Source: Pseudomonadota bacterium
Lineage (GTDB): Bacteria > Pseudomonadota > Alphaproteobacteria > Micavibrionales > UBA2020
Reading direction: 5' to 3'
DNA: 64,000 bases
NCBI GenBank assembly: GCA_021805245.1
Contig: JAJZFS010000075.1
Coordinates: forward strand, 6,872 to 70,871
Shown here: in pieces, positions 18,980-33,041 of the stretch
Numbering within the stretch: position 1 is the first letter of the stretch
Layout: each line of letters starts with the position of its first letter
Notes under the pieces: model-generated
Seen by the model: only the letters and a program-made list of their open reading frames with translations
Told to the model about the DNA's origin: nothing
The model's database searches: none
Made by a program: the position numbers and the translations under genes

Positions 18980-19831
18980 TCAGCGGGAACTGCGGACGGC
19001 GTAATTGTCCAGAAACTTCTTTATCTTTTCGAGCGTCAGCGGCTTGACCGCATATCCCTTGACCTTGTTTTCCTTCGCCGCATTGATGTCGCTTTCATAG
19101 TGGTTCGCGGTCGCCATGATGAGGTAGGCGTCGGGATCGTTCTTCCCGAACAGGGAGGCAAGCTCATGGCCGCTGCAATCCGGCAGCTCGATGTCGAGGA
19201 AAACAATATCGGGCGCGTTCTCGGTGTAGAGTTTTATTGCTTCCGCGCCGTCGGCGGCCATATGGCAGACATACTGGTTGCCGATGATCGCGCGCAGAAG
19301 TTTGCGGGTGATCTCGACATCCTCGACGATCATGATCTCGGGTTTGCTGCGCCCGCCGCGTTTTTTTGTTGCCTGCGCAAAGGTCTCCCACTGTTGCTTG
19401 GCGAGCGCCTGCTTGTCCGCTTCTGTCAGCGCCGGCGCTGCGGTCTCTTTTTCAATACTGATATGAATTTTTTCGCGGCAGATATGCTGCAGCATTTTTC
19501 TTTGTATGGCGCCGTCGTACTGACGGAAGAATCCGCTTGTTTCTTCGATTTTCAGGGTGTCGCACAGGGTTTTTTCGATCTGCCCGATGGTTTCGCTCGC
19601 CTGCCCGTTCCACCAGAGGAAGACGTCTCCGTCCGCGCAGAAGAACAGCGAACAGTCCTTGCCGTCAAGAGCGCCCTGCAACGCGTTGGCCACATCGGAC
19701 GGAACCAGATCGTTTTGCAGTTTGCTGAGTCTGCATTGCAGAATAATGCCGGGGGCTGTCTTCTGGCGCGCGTCCTCCAGCGCCGTGATCAGCGCCCGCT
19801 CGGCATCCGTTGCGATGATTTCTATAGCCAT
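18980..19831 (-). CDS. Response regulator: an unknown ~150-aa N-terminal domain plus a C-terminal receiver domain, with no DNA-binding or enzymatic output
   Basis: The receiver reads IMIVEDVEITRKLL...PDIVFLDIELPDCSG...MATA...GYAVKPL, with the acidic pocket, phospho-Asp and Lys all present. I do not recognise the N-terminal half. Confidence 0.8.
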   Translation of the reverse strand: MAIEIIATDAERALITALEDARQKTAPGIILQCRLSKLQNDLVPSDVANALQGALDGKDCSLFFCADGDVFLWWNGQASETIGQIEKTLCDTLKIEETSGFFRQYDGAIQRKMLQHICREKIHISIEKETAAPALTEADKQALAKQQWETFAQATKKRGGRSKPEIMIVEDVEITRKLLRAIIGNQYVCHMAADGAEAIKLYTENAPDIVFLDIELPDCSGHELASLFGKNDPDAYLIMATANHYESDINAAKENKVKGYAVKPLTLEKIKKFLDNYAVRSSR

Positions 19832-20135
19832 AACCCCACCAACATTGTATCGGCAACGTCATAATAGCTTTTCTTGGCCCGACAAGTCGATGCCCAAGCG
19901 ACTGACCCTGAAGACGCACCGATAGCGGACATTTGTGCCGGAGGAGCCGCTCCGACAAGAGGGTATTGACCGCTGGCCACGGCGGGCGATCCATTTAGTC
20001 TATTGAAATACAAAATATTTTTTAAAAATATGATTATATTTATGAAAAAATTCTTGACGCTCCATGGAAGAGTGTACTACACCTGTCAGCTTAAAATTTC
20101 ATATTCAGATCAATCCATTCGCCGGAGGTGTTGCG

Positions 20136-22136
20136 ATGCGCAACGGCAGCCAGTTGAAATCAAGTACGATGTTGAGCAGCAGCGCTATCTACCAGCGCCA
20201 GCTTCTCGACGCGCTGGTCAACGGCGCGGCGGACCGCGAAGCCGTTTTGAAGGCGCTTTTCGCGACGCCCGCGAATGACAGTTCTGCCGGCAAGGGGCCT
20301 TCCAACGACAATGCCAAAGGCGAAAGCCGCTGGGAGCGGCTGCGCGAAAACAAGGAACAGATGTCGGTCCATGATCTCGCCGCGGGGCTGAAGGCGCTCG
20401 GCGCGGTTGACGGCACGATCGACGCCACGCTGCTCGGCCAGCAGCGCAAGACTCCGCTGCAGCAGCAGGCCTTTTACAAGGCGTTGCAGGAAAGCCTGGC
20501 GAACGTCGCGACGATCAAGACCCAGCTGGAGGCCCTGCGCGACGAGGCGAAGAAGCAAAAAGGCTATGTGTCAAAAGCCTTCAACGTCTTTTCGCGCAAA
20601 CGCCCGCTCGACGCCGTTCTGGAGAACGTCGCGTCCTTCGAGCAATACTGCCACAAAAACGGCATCACTTTCGACGAGGTCAGCCATCAGATGGTTGCCG
20701 GCGAAAAGCCCAAAACCGTTTGGGACAAGGTCGGTGATTTCCGCTTCCTCATCGCCGCCGCGGGCGGCGCGGTGATGGGTCTGAGCGGCGTCAACGTGGC
20801 GGCGCAGATCCCGATGCTCGCCGGCGTGCCGGGCGCATTCTTCGCAGGGCTGCCTTATATCGCGGTGCCGTTCATGGGGCTCAGCATCTTCCGCGCCTTC
20901 GCGGAAAAGAACGTCAGCCAGGAAGCGGAAACTTTCGCCCGCTTCGGCGTGATGATGCTGAGCGGCTTTCTGATCGGCGCGGGCGTCGTAACGCTGATGG
21001 CAGGCATGCTGCCGCACCTCGCGGTCGCGGGGGCGGGCGTGGCCGCGGCGAAAGTCGCGGCGGGCGCCGCGGGCTTCAGTCCGTTTCATTACATCATGCA
21101 GGTCATGGCGGGCGGCGCAATCGGCTCCGGCCTCTACAAGATGGCCAAGGAAAAAGTGAAGCCCGCCGACGAGCGCGCCGCCGCCTGGGCGAAGAAAAGC
21201 AAGCTCGCGAAGGCCTTCAATATGGCGGCGCTGCCCTTCGTCAACCGTTTTACCGCGCCCGCCATCGTCAAAGCGGGACAGTTTGCCGACAAGGCTGCGG
21301 GTGTCACCGACAAGGCCTTCGGCGGCTACATGAATTACGTCGGCGCGCCGGCAGTGTTTTTGATGATGTCGACCACCTTCAGCCACGGTCTCGGCGCGGT
21401 CATGGGATATGCGGGCTATTACGCGACGGTCTTCACCGGCATGGCGATCGGCGCGACGGCGCTTGCCGTCGTTGATTATCTTTACGGCGCGCGCGGTCTG
21501 AAGGATGCCAAGGCCATCGGCACGACGCTGGGCACGGCCTTCGGCACCTCGTCCGGCATCGCGACGATGCCCACGACCAAGGAAAGCCTGAAAGTCATGG
21601 GCGTGCCGCAAAAGACGCGCGACTCGGTTGTGCCCTTGAGCGCGAATTTCAACATGCTCGGCACGTCGCTCTATCTCGGTACGACTGTCTTCGCCGCCAA
21701 CGCCATCTTCGGCCATACCATGGACCTGATGCACAAAGTCGCGGTGGCGGCCATCGTCGCGCTACACGGCTACGGCGCGCCCGGCATGCCGTCGTCGAAC
21801 CTTAGCCTGCTTGCGCCGGTGCTCGGCCTGACCGGTCTTTCGAACGCGGCGATCCAGAAGGTTTACGACATGGTCATCCCCGGTGACCGCATACTCGACA
21901 TGTCGCAGACGGCCATCAACGTCTGGGGAGACATGACCATCGCGCTTGGCAAGCACCGCCGCGAAGTGAGACGCCGTGCGAAAAGGATCAGGAAGATCCG
22001 CGACAAGCTGCAGACGGGGAAAATGACGGAGGCGGCTTCCGCGCCGTCACCTGCGCCCGTCGCGGCGCAAGCTGCCGTCGCGGCGTCGGGACGGCCGGCG
22101 CCGAAGAAGGCGCCCCAGCCGCAGGGGCCCGCTTAA
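20136..22136 (+). CDS. Dicarboxylate/amino-acid:cation symporter (DAACS) with a ~230-aa soluble N-terminal extension and an Ala/Pro-rich tail
   Basis: GGAGG lies 7 nt before the ATG at 20136. The C-terminal ~400 aa are multi-TM, with SSGIATMPTT (the SSxxTLP-type motif) and SANFNMLGTS / YGAPGMPSS reentrant-loop-like motifs. Residues 1-230 are hydrophilic and coiled-coil-like. Confidence 0.75.
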   Translation: MRNGSQLKSSTMLSSSAIYQRQLLDALVNGAADREAVLKALFATPANDSSAGKGPSNDNAKGESRWERLRENKEQMSVHDLAAGLKALGAVDGTIDATLLGQQRKTPLQQQAFYKALQESLANVATIKTQLEALRDEAKKQKGYVSKAFNVFSRKRPLDAVLENVASFEQYCHKNGITFDEVSHQMVAGEKPKTVWDKVGDFRFLIAAAGGAVMGLSGVNVAAQIPMLAGVPGAFFAGLPYIAVPFMGLSIFRAFAEKNVSQEAETFARFGVMMLSGFLIGAGVVTLMAGMLPHLAVAGAGVAAAKVAAGAAGFSPFHYIMQVMAGGAIGSGLYKMAKEKVKPADERAAAWAKKSKLAKAFNMAALPFVNRFTAPAIVKAGQFADKAAGVTDKAFGGYMNYVGAPAVFLMMSTTFSHGLGAVMGYAGYYATVFTGMAIGATALAVVDYLYGARGLKDAKAIGTTLGTAFGTSSGIATMPTTKESLKVMGVPQKTRDSVVPLSANFNMLGTSLYLGTTVFAANAIFGHTMDLMHKVAVAAIVALHGYGAPGMPSSNLSLLAPVLGLTGLSNAAIQKVYDMVIPGDRILDMSQTAINVWGDMTIALGKHRREVRRRAKRIRKIRDKLQTGKMTEAASAPSPAPVAAQAAVAASGRPAPKKAPQPQGPA

Positions 22137-22150
22137 ATCCCCCTCCTTGA

Positions 22151-25100
22151 TTAGAAATTATACTCGGCGCGGAGCATGACGGCGTTGTCGGTGTAGCCCG
22201 TCTTGTAGCGGAAGTCGTAGTTTGCCGAGAAATCCCAGTTATTGGTGCGGTAGAGATGGAGGCTGCCGCCGACATTGAACGTGCTGCGCGCGGGGCTGGC
22301 TCCGCTTGCGGTCCAGGCCGCGCCGCCTCCGGCCAGTTGCGCCGTCATGTTGAGCGCCTGACCGGAGAAGTCATAGAGATATTTGGCATGCACTTCCGGT
22401 TTCAGCACGTCGCCGTTTTTCTGGCGGAACGTCCAGCCCGACGTGATGCCGATGCCGCCCTGCACCATATCGAGAGAACTGCTGCCGACGGTGAGGTCGG
22501 CCCCGCCTGCGCCGGTTTCGGCGTATCCGTCCGCCGCATAGTGCGACCACGTCAAGGAGAGATCCGGCGTCACCAGAGCGCCGCGGTAGTGGTAGTGGCG
22601 GCCGAATTCGCCGCCTACGGTAAACTGGTTGGCGTTATAGCTGCCGTGGGCGAAGGTGTTCGCCGCCGGTTCGCGCGAGGTCTTGTTGGTGTGGAAGCCA
22701 TAAGCCGCCATGCCGCTCAGATAGTCGCGGGCATTGAGATTGTATCTGCCGTAGAGCGCGACCTGGTAGGAATTGACGTCCGTGCCCGCAGTCGTCACCG
22801 TTTTGGAATTGACGTTGGTTTTGGCGTAGCTGACCGCAACGCCGAGCACGCTGTTTTTGATCAGGTTTTCGTTATCGACGCCGAACGTCATGCCGTAGGT
22901 GCCGGCGTTGTAGCCGGAGATGCCGCTGCGGACATCCTGACTGCTCCAGTCGCCGAAGCCCTGTCCCCACATGTGGACGCCGTGGGAAAAGTCGCCCGCA
23001 GCCATGCCAGTGGTGTTGCCGACGCCGTCGAGCAGCGCGTCTTCACGGTTGCTGAACTGGCCGGACGTGCTGGAACCGATGCCGAAGGCCGCCACGGCGG
23101 CACCGCCGCCGACGATCGGCTGGTAGGTCTGCAAGAGGTTGTTGAGCGCCGTTTGCGTCGGCGCGGCGTTGATCGCCGAGATCATCGACTTGATGGTGGG
23201 GTTGGCCGAGCCGGACAGGCTTTGCAGCACTGTGGCAACACCGGAGGTAAGACTGTTCGTCGCCGAACCTGTAATTGTATGGTTTTGCGTCAGGATAAGG
23301 TAGAGCTGGTTGTTCGTGCCGAACGTAGATGTCGTGCCGTCTTCCAAAGCGAAGTTCCACATGTAGGAACTGCCGGAAACAGTCGCGACATTGACGGAAG
23401 ATGCCGCGCTGTTGACCTCAGCCTGCGTGGTGCCGCTGGCGACCATCATGTGACCGGCCGCGAGGGCGGAAGAACTCGAGCCCACCGCCACCGTGATGCT
23501 GCCGGTGTTGGCGATGTTAACAGGGCCGGCGTTGACTTTGAGAGCGCCGAAGTTGCCGGCGCCCGTGCCATTGACGGTCAGGGCCAGTGTTCCGACGGGT
23601 GCCGTCGTCATGTTGTTCAGGGTGACGGTGTTGCCAGGGGAGACCGTCAGCGTGTCGCCGGAGGCAATGGCAAGGTCGGTCACGGTGTAGTTGCCGCCGG
23701 TGGTAAAGTTGCCGCCGATGGAGAGGTGCGTGGTGCCGGCGGCGGTGAAGACGTCGCCGGTGACGGTGCCGCCGTTGAGATCCAGGGTGACGGTGCCGCC
23801 GTTGTTGTAAATCGCGTAGGTCGAGCCTTTGATGGTGCCGGTGTTGGTGATGGTGCCGGTGGTGGCGCCGGTGATGTAAATGCCGTAACCCGTGCTTATT
23901 CCCGACGTGTGGGCGACCGTGCCTTCGACCGTGCCGCTGTTGGTGAAGCCGCCGGCGAGGGTCGCGCCGTTGAGGTAGAGGCCGTAGGCTTTTTCCGAAG
24001 CGCCGCCGGTGCCTGTATCAACCGTGGCCTTGATCGTGCCGCTGTTGGCGAGCGCGCCGGTGATGGTGCCGCCATTGACGGAGAGGCCGTAGGCCGTGCC
24101 GCGGTTGCTACCTGTCGCCGCGGCCGTCGCCGTGACTGCGCCCTCGATCGTGCCGCTGTTGGTGAACGTGGTGCTGGCGCCGCCGTTCGTTATATTGGCG
24201 CCGTATACGACGGCTTGGGCCGAACCGTTTGATGTTGTTTTCAACGTGGCCGTGCCCTTGATCGTGCCGGCGTTGTCGATGCTGCCGATCACATCCTGAA
24301 GATCTAGACCGTAGGCTGTACCCGTCGCCGATCCGCTTTGCGCCGTCAGGTTCGCGGTGCCCGAAATCACGCCGCCGCTTTTGTTCGTCAATGCGGTGAA
24401 GGAGGTGACGCTGCCGAAGTCTATGCCGCGGACATAAGCCTTGATTTTTCCGCCGTTGGCGACAACCCCTGTCGCCGTGCCGGAGATCGTGCCGGAGTTG
24501 GTGATGCCGCCCGAGAAGGTGACGTTGTTGAGATATATGCCGCTCGCCGACACATAGTTGGTGATGCCGTTGGAGGTTGCCGTGGGGGTACTTTTGGCCG
24601 TACCGGAGATCGTGCCGGAGTTGGTGATGCTGCCGATATTGCTGGTGCCGGTGGCGCTAATGCCCATAACCCAGTCGTAGGATATGGATTTGGCGGTAAC
24701 GGTGGCAGTGGCCTTGATGGTGCCGCTGTTGGTGATCGCGTTGGTGATTGTCGAACCGTTGAGATTGATGCCGGCGGCGAAAATCTTGACGGAAGTGGGC
24801 GTGGACGGTGTCGGGTGTGCCGCGCTGACCGTCGGCACGATGGAAACCGTAGCCTCGATCGTGCCGCCGTTGTTGTTGATGCTGTTGACCGAGCTGCCAT
24901 TGAACAGCTTGAGGCCGGTCACCGCCGTAGAGTTGGTGGTGTCGCCTTTCACCTGGCTGGAGAGAGAGGGGACGGATAGGCTGGCTTTGATCGTGCCGCT
25001 ATTGGTGAGCGCGCCGGTGATGGATGAATTGTCAAGATAAAAGCCGGCGACGTTGATATTGCTGAGTGTAGCCGTGCCTGAGGCCGTCGCCGCGGCTTTG

Positions 25101-25867
25101 ATGGTGCCGCTGTTGGTCAGGCTGCCGATGGAGCTGCTGTTCTTCGCCCACACCCCGAAAGCGTGGGCATGTATAATGTTCGCCGAATGGTTATCCGCCG
25201 TGCCGGAAATCGTGCCGGCATTGGTGAGCGCGCCGGTGATCGTGCCGCCGTTCAAATACACGCCGACACCCGTGCCGCCTACGGTATTCGAAGCGGTGCT
25301 GATCTCTTTGCCGGAAATGGTGCCGCCATTGTTGTTGGCCAGGCTGCCGATTGTGCCACTGACAACCTGCAGACCATAAGCATCAACGGGATCTACCTGG
25401 CCGGCACCGGTGACGGCGGCCGAAATCGTGCCGGAGTTGGTCAGGGCATTTGTAATGGAAGAACCGGAGCTCATGTAAATGGCAGCATAGGACGTACTGC
25501 TGTTGGTGATGTTGCCATTACCCGAGGCGTGCGTGTTCGTCAGGGAAATAGTGCCGGTATTGGAAAGCGATCCGAGCGCGCTGTTGCTTTCGATATGGAA
25601 CGCGGTATTTCCGGACGTCGCGGTGATGTGACCGGCATTGTTGACGTATTTCCCGGCCTGCACGTCCACACCGGCCGTGCCGTTTGTAATCGACGCGCCG
25701 GAATTGACCGTCAGCGTATCCGTTGCGCAGCTCAGCAACTGCTGGCCATTGCCCGTGGTGGTCAGCGTTACGCTGCCGAGGCAAGCTTCCGCGACATTCG
25801 GTGCAATCAGCATGGCGGCCGCGACGAGCGCGGTTGTGGCGGTGAGTTTTCTGTGGAAGCTGCCCAT
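22151..25867 (-). CDS. Type Va autotransporter (1238 aa from the GGAGAA-preceded ATG)
   Basis: The signal peptide is MGSFHRKLTATTALVAAAMLIAPNVAEA. The passenger is long and Gly/Thr/Ser/Asn-rich. The C-terminal ~280 aa form a beta-barrel domain ending ...VMLRAEYNF. Confidence 0.85.
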   Translation of the reverse strand: MGSFHRKLTATTALVAAAMLIAPNVAEACLGSVTLTTTGNGQQLLSCATDTLTVNSGASITNGTAGVDVQAGKYVNNAGHITATSGNTAFHIESNSALGSLSNTGTISLTNTHASGNGNITNSSTSYAAIYMSSGSSITNALTNSGTISAAVTGAGQVDPVDAYGLQVVSGTIGSLANNNGGTISGKEISTASNTVGGTGVGVYLNGGTITGALTNAGTISGTADNHSANIIHAHAFGVWAKNSSSIGSLTNSGTIKAAATASGTATLSNINVAGFYLDNSSITGALTNSGTIKASLSVPSLSSQVKGDTTNSTAVTGLKLFNGSSVNSINNNGGTIEATVSIVPTVSAAHPTPSTPTSVKIFAAGINLNGSTITNAITNSGTIKATATVTAKSISYDWVMGISATGTSNIGSITNSGTISGTAKSTPTATSNGITNYVSASGIYLNNVTFSGGITNSGTISGTATGVVANGGKIKAYVRGIDFGSVTSFTALTNKSGGVISGTANLTAQSGSATGTAYGLDLQDVIGSIDNAGTIKGTATLKTTSNGSAQAVVYGANITNGGASTTFTNSGTIEGAVTATAAATGSNRGTAYGLSVNGGTITGALANSGTIKATVDTGTGGASEKAYGLYLNGATLAGGFTNSGTVEGTVAHTSGISTGYGIYITGATTGTITNTGTIKGSTYAIYNNGGTVTLDLNGGTVTGDVFTAAGTTHLSIGGNFTTGGNYTVTDLAIASGDTLTVSPGNTVTLNNMTTAPVGTLALTVNGTGAGNFGALKVNAGPVNIANTGSITVAVGSSSSALAAGHMMVASGTTQAEVNSAASSVNVATVSGSSYMWNFALEDGTTSTFGTNNQLYLILTQNHTITGSATNSLTSGVATVLQSLSGSANPTIKSMISAINAAPTQTALNNLLQTYQPIVGGGAAVAAFGIGSSTSGQFSNREDALLDGVGNTTGMAAGDFSHGVHMWGQGFGDWSSQDVRSGISGYNAGTYGMTFGVDNENLIKNSVLGVAVSYAKTNVNSKTVTTAGTDVNSYQVALYGRYNLNARDYLSGMAAYGFHTNKTSREPAANTFAHGSYNANQFTVGGEFGRHYHYRGALVTPDLSLTWSHYAADGYAETGAGGADLTVGSSSLDMVQGGIGITSGWTFRQKNGDVLKPEVHAKYLYDFSGQALNMTAQLAGGGAAWTASGASPARSTFNVGGSLHLYRTNNWDFSANYDFRYKTGYTDNAVMLRAEYNF
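23788..25564 (-). repeat. Degenerate tandem coding repeats in the autotransporter passenger
   Basis: I count at least a dozen units built on ..GG.ITG(A)LTNSGTI.(G/A)T.., spaced roughly 30-50 aa apart. Confidence 0.8.
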
Positions 25868-26076
25868 CGTTTTCTCCAAAAGCATCAAAAAAAGTTGGTT
25901 GGTATCCGGTACGGAAGGGTTTTGAAAAACATGAAGCGGATCCGTGAACAAGCCTGCTATGAAAAGACAATATTCATGAGGGAAGGTCAATATATCATTA
26001 TCATAATACTGGACTTTTTTATGTACTGGATTGAGCGCATGTCATGCCCGACGAGCCCATACCAAGACCGCCCAAT

Positions 26077-27044
26077 TCACATGTGCAGACGGTATATCAG
26101 CAACAGCACGGCAACGCTGCTGCACGCGACCAGCGCGTTGCCGGTCAGCACCGCGCGGCGGGAGGTGCGCGGCCCGCCCAGCAGCGCCGCCACGGCGACG
26201 GCAGTGCAGAAAATGACGCCAAGCGCGGTCACGGCGTTGACGTCGGCGGCCGCGTGCAGCAGGTTGCCGGGATAATACCAGTCGAGCGGCAGGAACATGG
26301 CCATGTTGAACATGTTGCTGCCGAAAATGTTGCCGATGGCAAGCTCGGGCCTGTTCATGCGGAAGGCGGCGATGGTGGCGGCCAGCTCCGGCAGTGAAGT
26401 CGAAAGCGCGACCAGCGTCGTGCCGATAAAACTGTGCCCAAGTCCGCTCATGCGCGCCAGTCCGTCCGCGGCTTCGGCCAGGTAGGGCGCGGTCAACACG
26501 ATGGCGACGGTGCATCCGAGATAGCCGGTGATGCTGGCCGCCAGACGCTGTTTCGTGCCGTGCTGCGCGATGCCTGTCTCGGGCGGTTGTTGGAACAGTA
26601 TCCAGAGGCCCCCCAGATAAAACAGGAATGTCAGCCAACTGAAAAGTCCTGCGCGCAGAAATCCGGCATCGAGATTGGCGACGATGCCCGCGCCGATAAC
26701 CGCCGTCAGCACGATGGAAAGCGTGGCCGCCAGCGCCTGGCGCTGCGGGTGCGGCGGGGGCGTTTCCGATACATGAAAGAAGGCACTGACAGCCATGAGG
26801 ATCAGAAGATTGAAAAGGCTGCTGCCGAGCAGATCGCCGACGGCAATATCCGGCAGATGCATGCCGACGGCGTTGAGATCCACCGTCATTTCCGGCAAGG
26901 ATGTCGCGGCGGCGAGGAACAGGCTGCCGGTGAGCAATCTGCCAAGGCCGGTGCTTTCGGCAATGCCGTCCGCGAAACGGGCGAGCCAGATGCCGGCGGC
27001 GGCGATGATTGCCGCGGCGAGAAGAAATTGCACGAGTGCTGCCG

Positions 27045-27048
<4 letters not shown>
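26077..27048 (-). CDS. CaCA-family cation/Ca2+ antiporter (YrbG-like)
   Basis: It has two alpha-repeat motifs, GSSLFNLLIL and GNIFGSNMFNM, and about 10 TM segments. The ATG overlaps the upstream ATPase stop as ATGA. Confidence 0.8.
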
Positions 27049-29753
<2,705 letters not shown>

Positions 29754-29856
29754 ATGCCTGATCCCACGGTGCTGCCATCATAGAAGTATACGCAGGGGGT
29801 ATGCTATCCCCGCCGTGTTTAAAAGGCAATCGGCGTTGAAAAAAAGTGTTAAGCCT

Positions 29857-31329
29857 TTAGAACTTTTCAAGTTCAAACCGCGCCTTGAAGTGGCGCAGCG
29901 TCTTGTCCTTGCCGTAAACGGCGACGGCTTTGGGCAAGGCGTCGCGGCGGTCATGCAGGCCTTTCACGCAATCTGCCACGTAGAACAGGTCTTCTATTTC
30001 GTATTTGTTGCGCGGCACGGCGGCGCGGACGAGGTTGTGCGGCGGGAAGTTTTCTTTTTGCGTCCTGGGATCGAACGTGCCGAAGGCGAAGGCACCGAGC
30101 TCGCAGAGGCGCACGCCCTTCAAAAGCAGCAGGGCGGTGAGCGCGATGCCGCCGAAGTGTTCGCGTTGCATGCGCGTGCCTTCGAAGAATTTGTCAGTGT
30201 CGATATAAACCGCGTGACCGCCGAACGGCGCGATGACGGGGATGCCGAGTTTTTGCATGTAGGTGCCGAACGCGGCCACCTGTCCGATGCGGCCGCGCAA
30301 ATACTGGTCGCGCACGGCGGTTTGCAGGCCGATGACGATGGTCATGATGTCGCGCCCCGAAAGCCCGCCGTAGGTCGGGTGGCCTTCGACGAGAATCTGG
30401 TGATCGCGCAGCTTTTCCAGCAGGTCGGGATAGCGTTTGACGAGGCGCGAATCCTTGCGCAGGCACAGCGCGCCGCCCATGTTGGCGAGGCCGTCTTTCT
30501 TGAACGAGATGGTGAAGCCTTCGCAGGTGGCGAATTCTTCGCGCACGATGTCGATAATCGGTCTGTCTTTATAACCCCTTTCGCGCTCTTCGATGAACCA
30601 GGCGTTTTCGGCGAAGCGGCAGGCGTCGAGGAAAAACGGAATATCGTGCCGGTCGCACAATGTTTGCGTTGCGCGCAGATTTTCCAGCGAAACGGGCTGG
30701 CCGCCCGCGGTGTTGTTGGTGATGGTCGAGAAGACCAGCGGCACGCGGCCTTTGTTTTCTTCCAGCAGACTTTCGAGCATTTCAAGGTTCATGTTGCCTT
30801 TGAAATCACCGCCGTCAGCGCCACTCACATGCCCGACGAGGTCGCGTGCGTCGATGCCGCAGGCCTCGGCGTTGGCGCGGGTGGTATCGAAAAAGCTGTT
30901 GGACGGAACGACCAGATTTTCGCCTTTGATCTGCCCGAACAGCGCATGCTCCGCGGCGCGGCCCTGATGGAAGAGGTAAAGTTCCCATTCGTCGAAGCTG
31001 ATGCCGAAGACGTTTTCCATCGTCTCCATCAGCTTGAAATAGCCCCAGTTGCTGCCGTAGGCTTCGTCGCCCAGTATCATTGCGGAGAACTGCTCGGCGG
31101 TCAGCGTCGTGGTGCCGGAATCGGAGAGCAGGTCGCCGCCGGTCAGGCGCTCGGACGGGAACTGGAACACGTTCCAGCCCGCTTTGATCGCGGCGTCCAG
31201 CCTGTCCGCTGCCGTGAAGGGATGATGGTGGCGCACCATGGCGTTGGCGTAAGGGCGCGGGTGATGCTGCGTTTCGAAGCTTGTGAAATCGAGATGCTGT
31301 GATTTTTGAGACGTGGTCTGATCTTTCAT
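29857..31329 (-). CDS. Beta-eliminating lyase (tryptophanase / tyrosine phenol-lyase family), divergent paralogue 2
   Basis: It has [14 protein letters not shown] and the PLP-lysine motif SFKKDGLANMGG. The N-terminus is unusual and His-rich (ETQHHPRPYANAMVRHHHPF). The ATG directly abuts the upstream stop. Confidence 0.8.
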   Translation of the reverse strand: MKDQTTSQKSQHLDFTSFETQHHPRPYANAMVRHHHPFTAADRLDAAIKAGWNVFQFPSERLTGGDLLSDSGTTTLTAEQFSAMILGDEAYGSNWGYFKLMETMENVFGISFDEWELYLFHQGRAAEHALFGQIKGENLVVPSNSFFDTTRANAEACGIDARDLVGHVSGADGGDFKGNMNLEMLESLLEENKGRVPLVFSTITNNTAGGQPVSLENLRATQTLCDRHDIPFFLDACRFAENAWFIEERERGYKDRPIIDIVREEFATCEGFTISFKKDGLANMGGALCLRKDSRLVKRYPDLLEKLRDHQILVEGHPTYGGLSGRDIMTIVIGLQTAVRDQYLRGRIGQVAAFGTYMQKLGIPVIAPFGGHAVYIDTDKFFEGTRMQREHFGGIALTALLLLKGVRLCELGAFAFGTFDPRTQKENFPPHNLVRAAVPRNKYEIEDLFYVADCVKGLHDRRDALPKAVAVYGKDKTLRHFKARFELEKF

Positions 31330-32811
<1,482 letters not shown>

Positions 32812-33041
32812 TCAAGTGCCGCTGACGGCAGAATCAGCAAGGGAGGTGCAGCGTCGATCTGTCGATGATGAAGAAAAGAAAGGCAATTCCACCGCCTCTC
32901 GCGGCTTAATTATACGAAAATTAAATAATATTATGACAATTTATCGCTATAATATATATTATGTTAAAAAAATTTAAGGTATCTTAAGAAAGCTGGGTTA
33001 CACTTGAAATCAACAGATTACGGGGTCACCAGGGTACTAGC

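Noticed and set aside
20571-21734. A 387-aa minus-strand ORF opposite the DAACS transporter
   Set aside because: It is Arg/His/Asp/Gly-rich nonsense composition, antisense to a transporter core with recognisable motifs.
25868-25990. The upstream ATG at 25990 as the autotransporter start
   Set aside because: The 41 extra residues are not signal-like. The ATG at 25867 is preceded by GGAGAA and starts a typical signal peptide.
22256-26275. Plus-strand ORFs of 658, 213 and 370 aa opposite the autotransporter
   Set aside because: They are a mirror image of the Gly/Thr/Ala-rich repeats, which gives Arg/Gly/Asp/Ala-rich frames. They have no starts with an RBS and no motifs.
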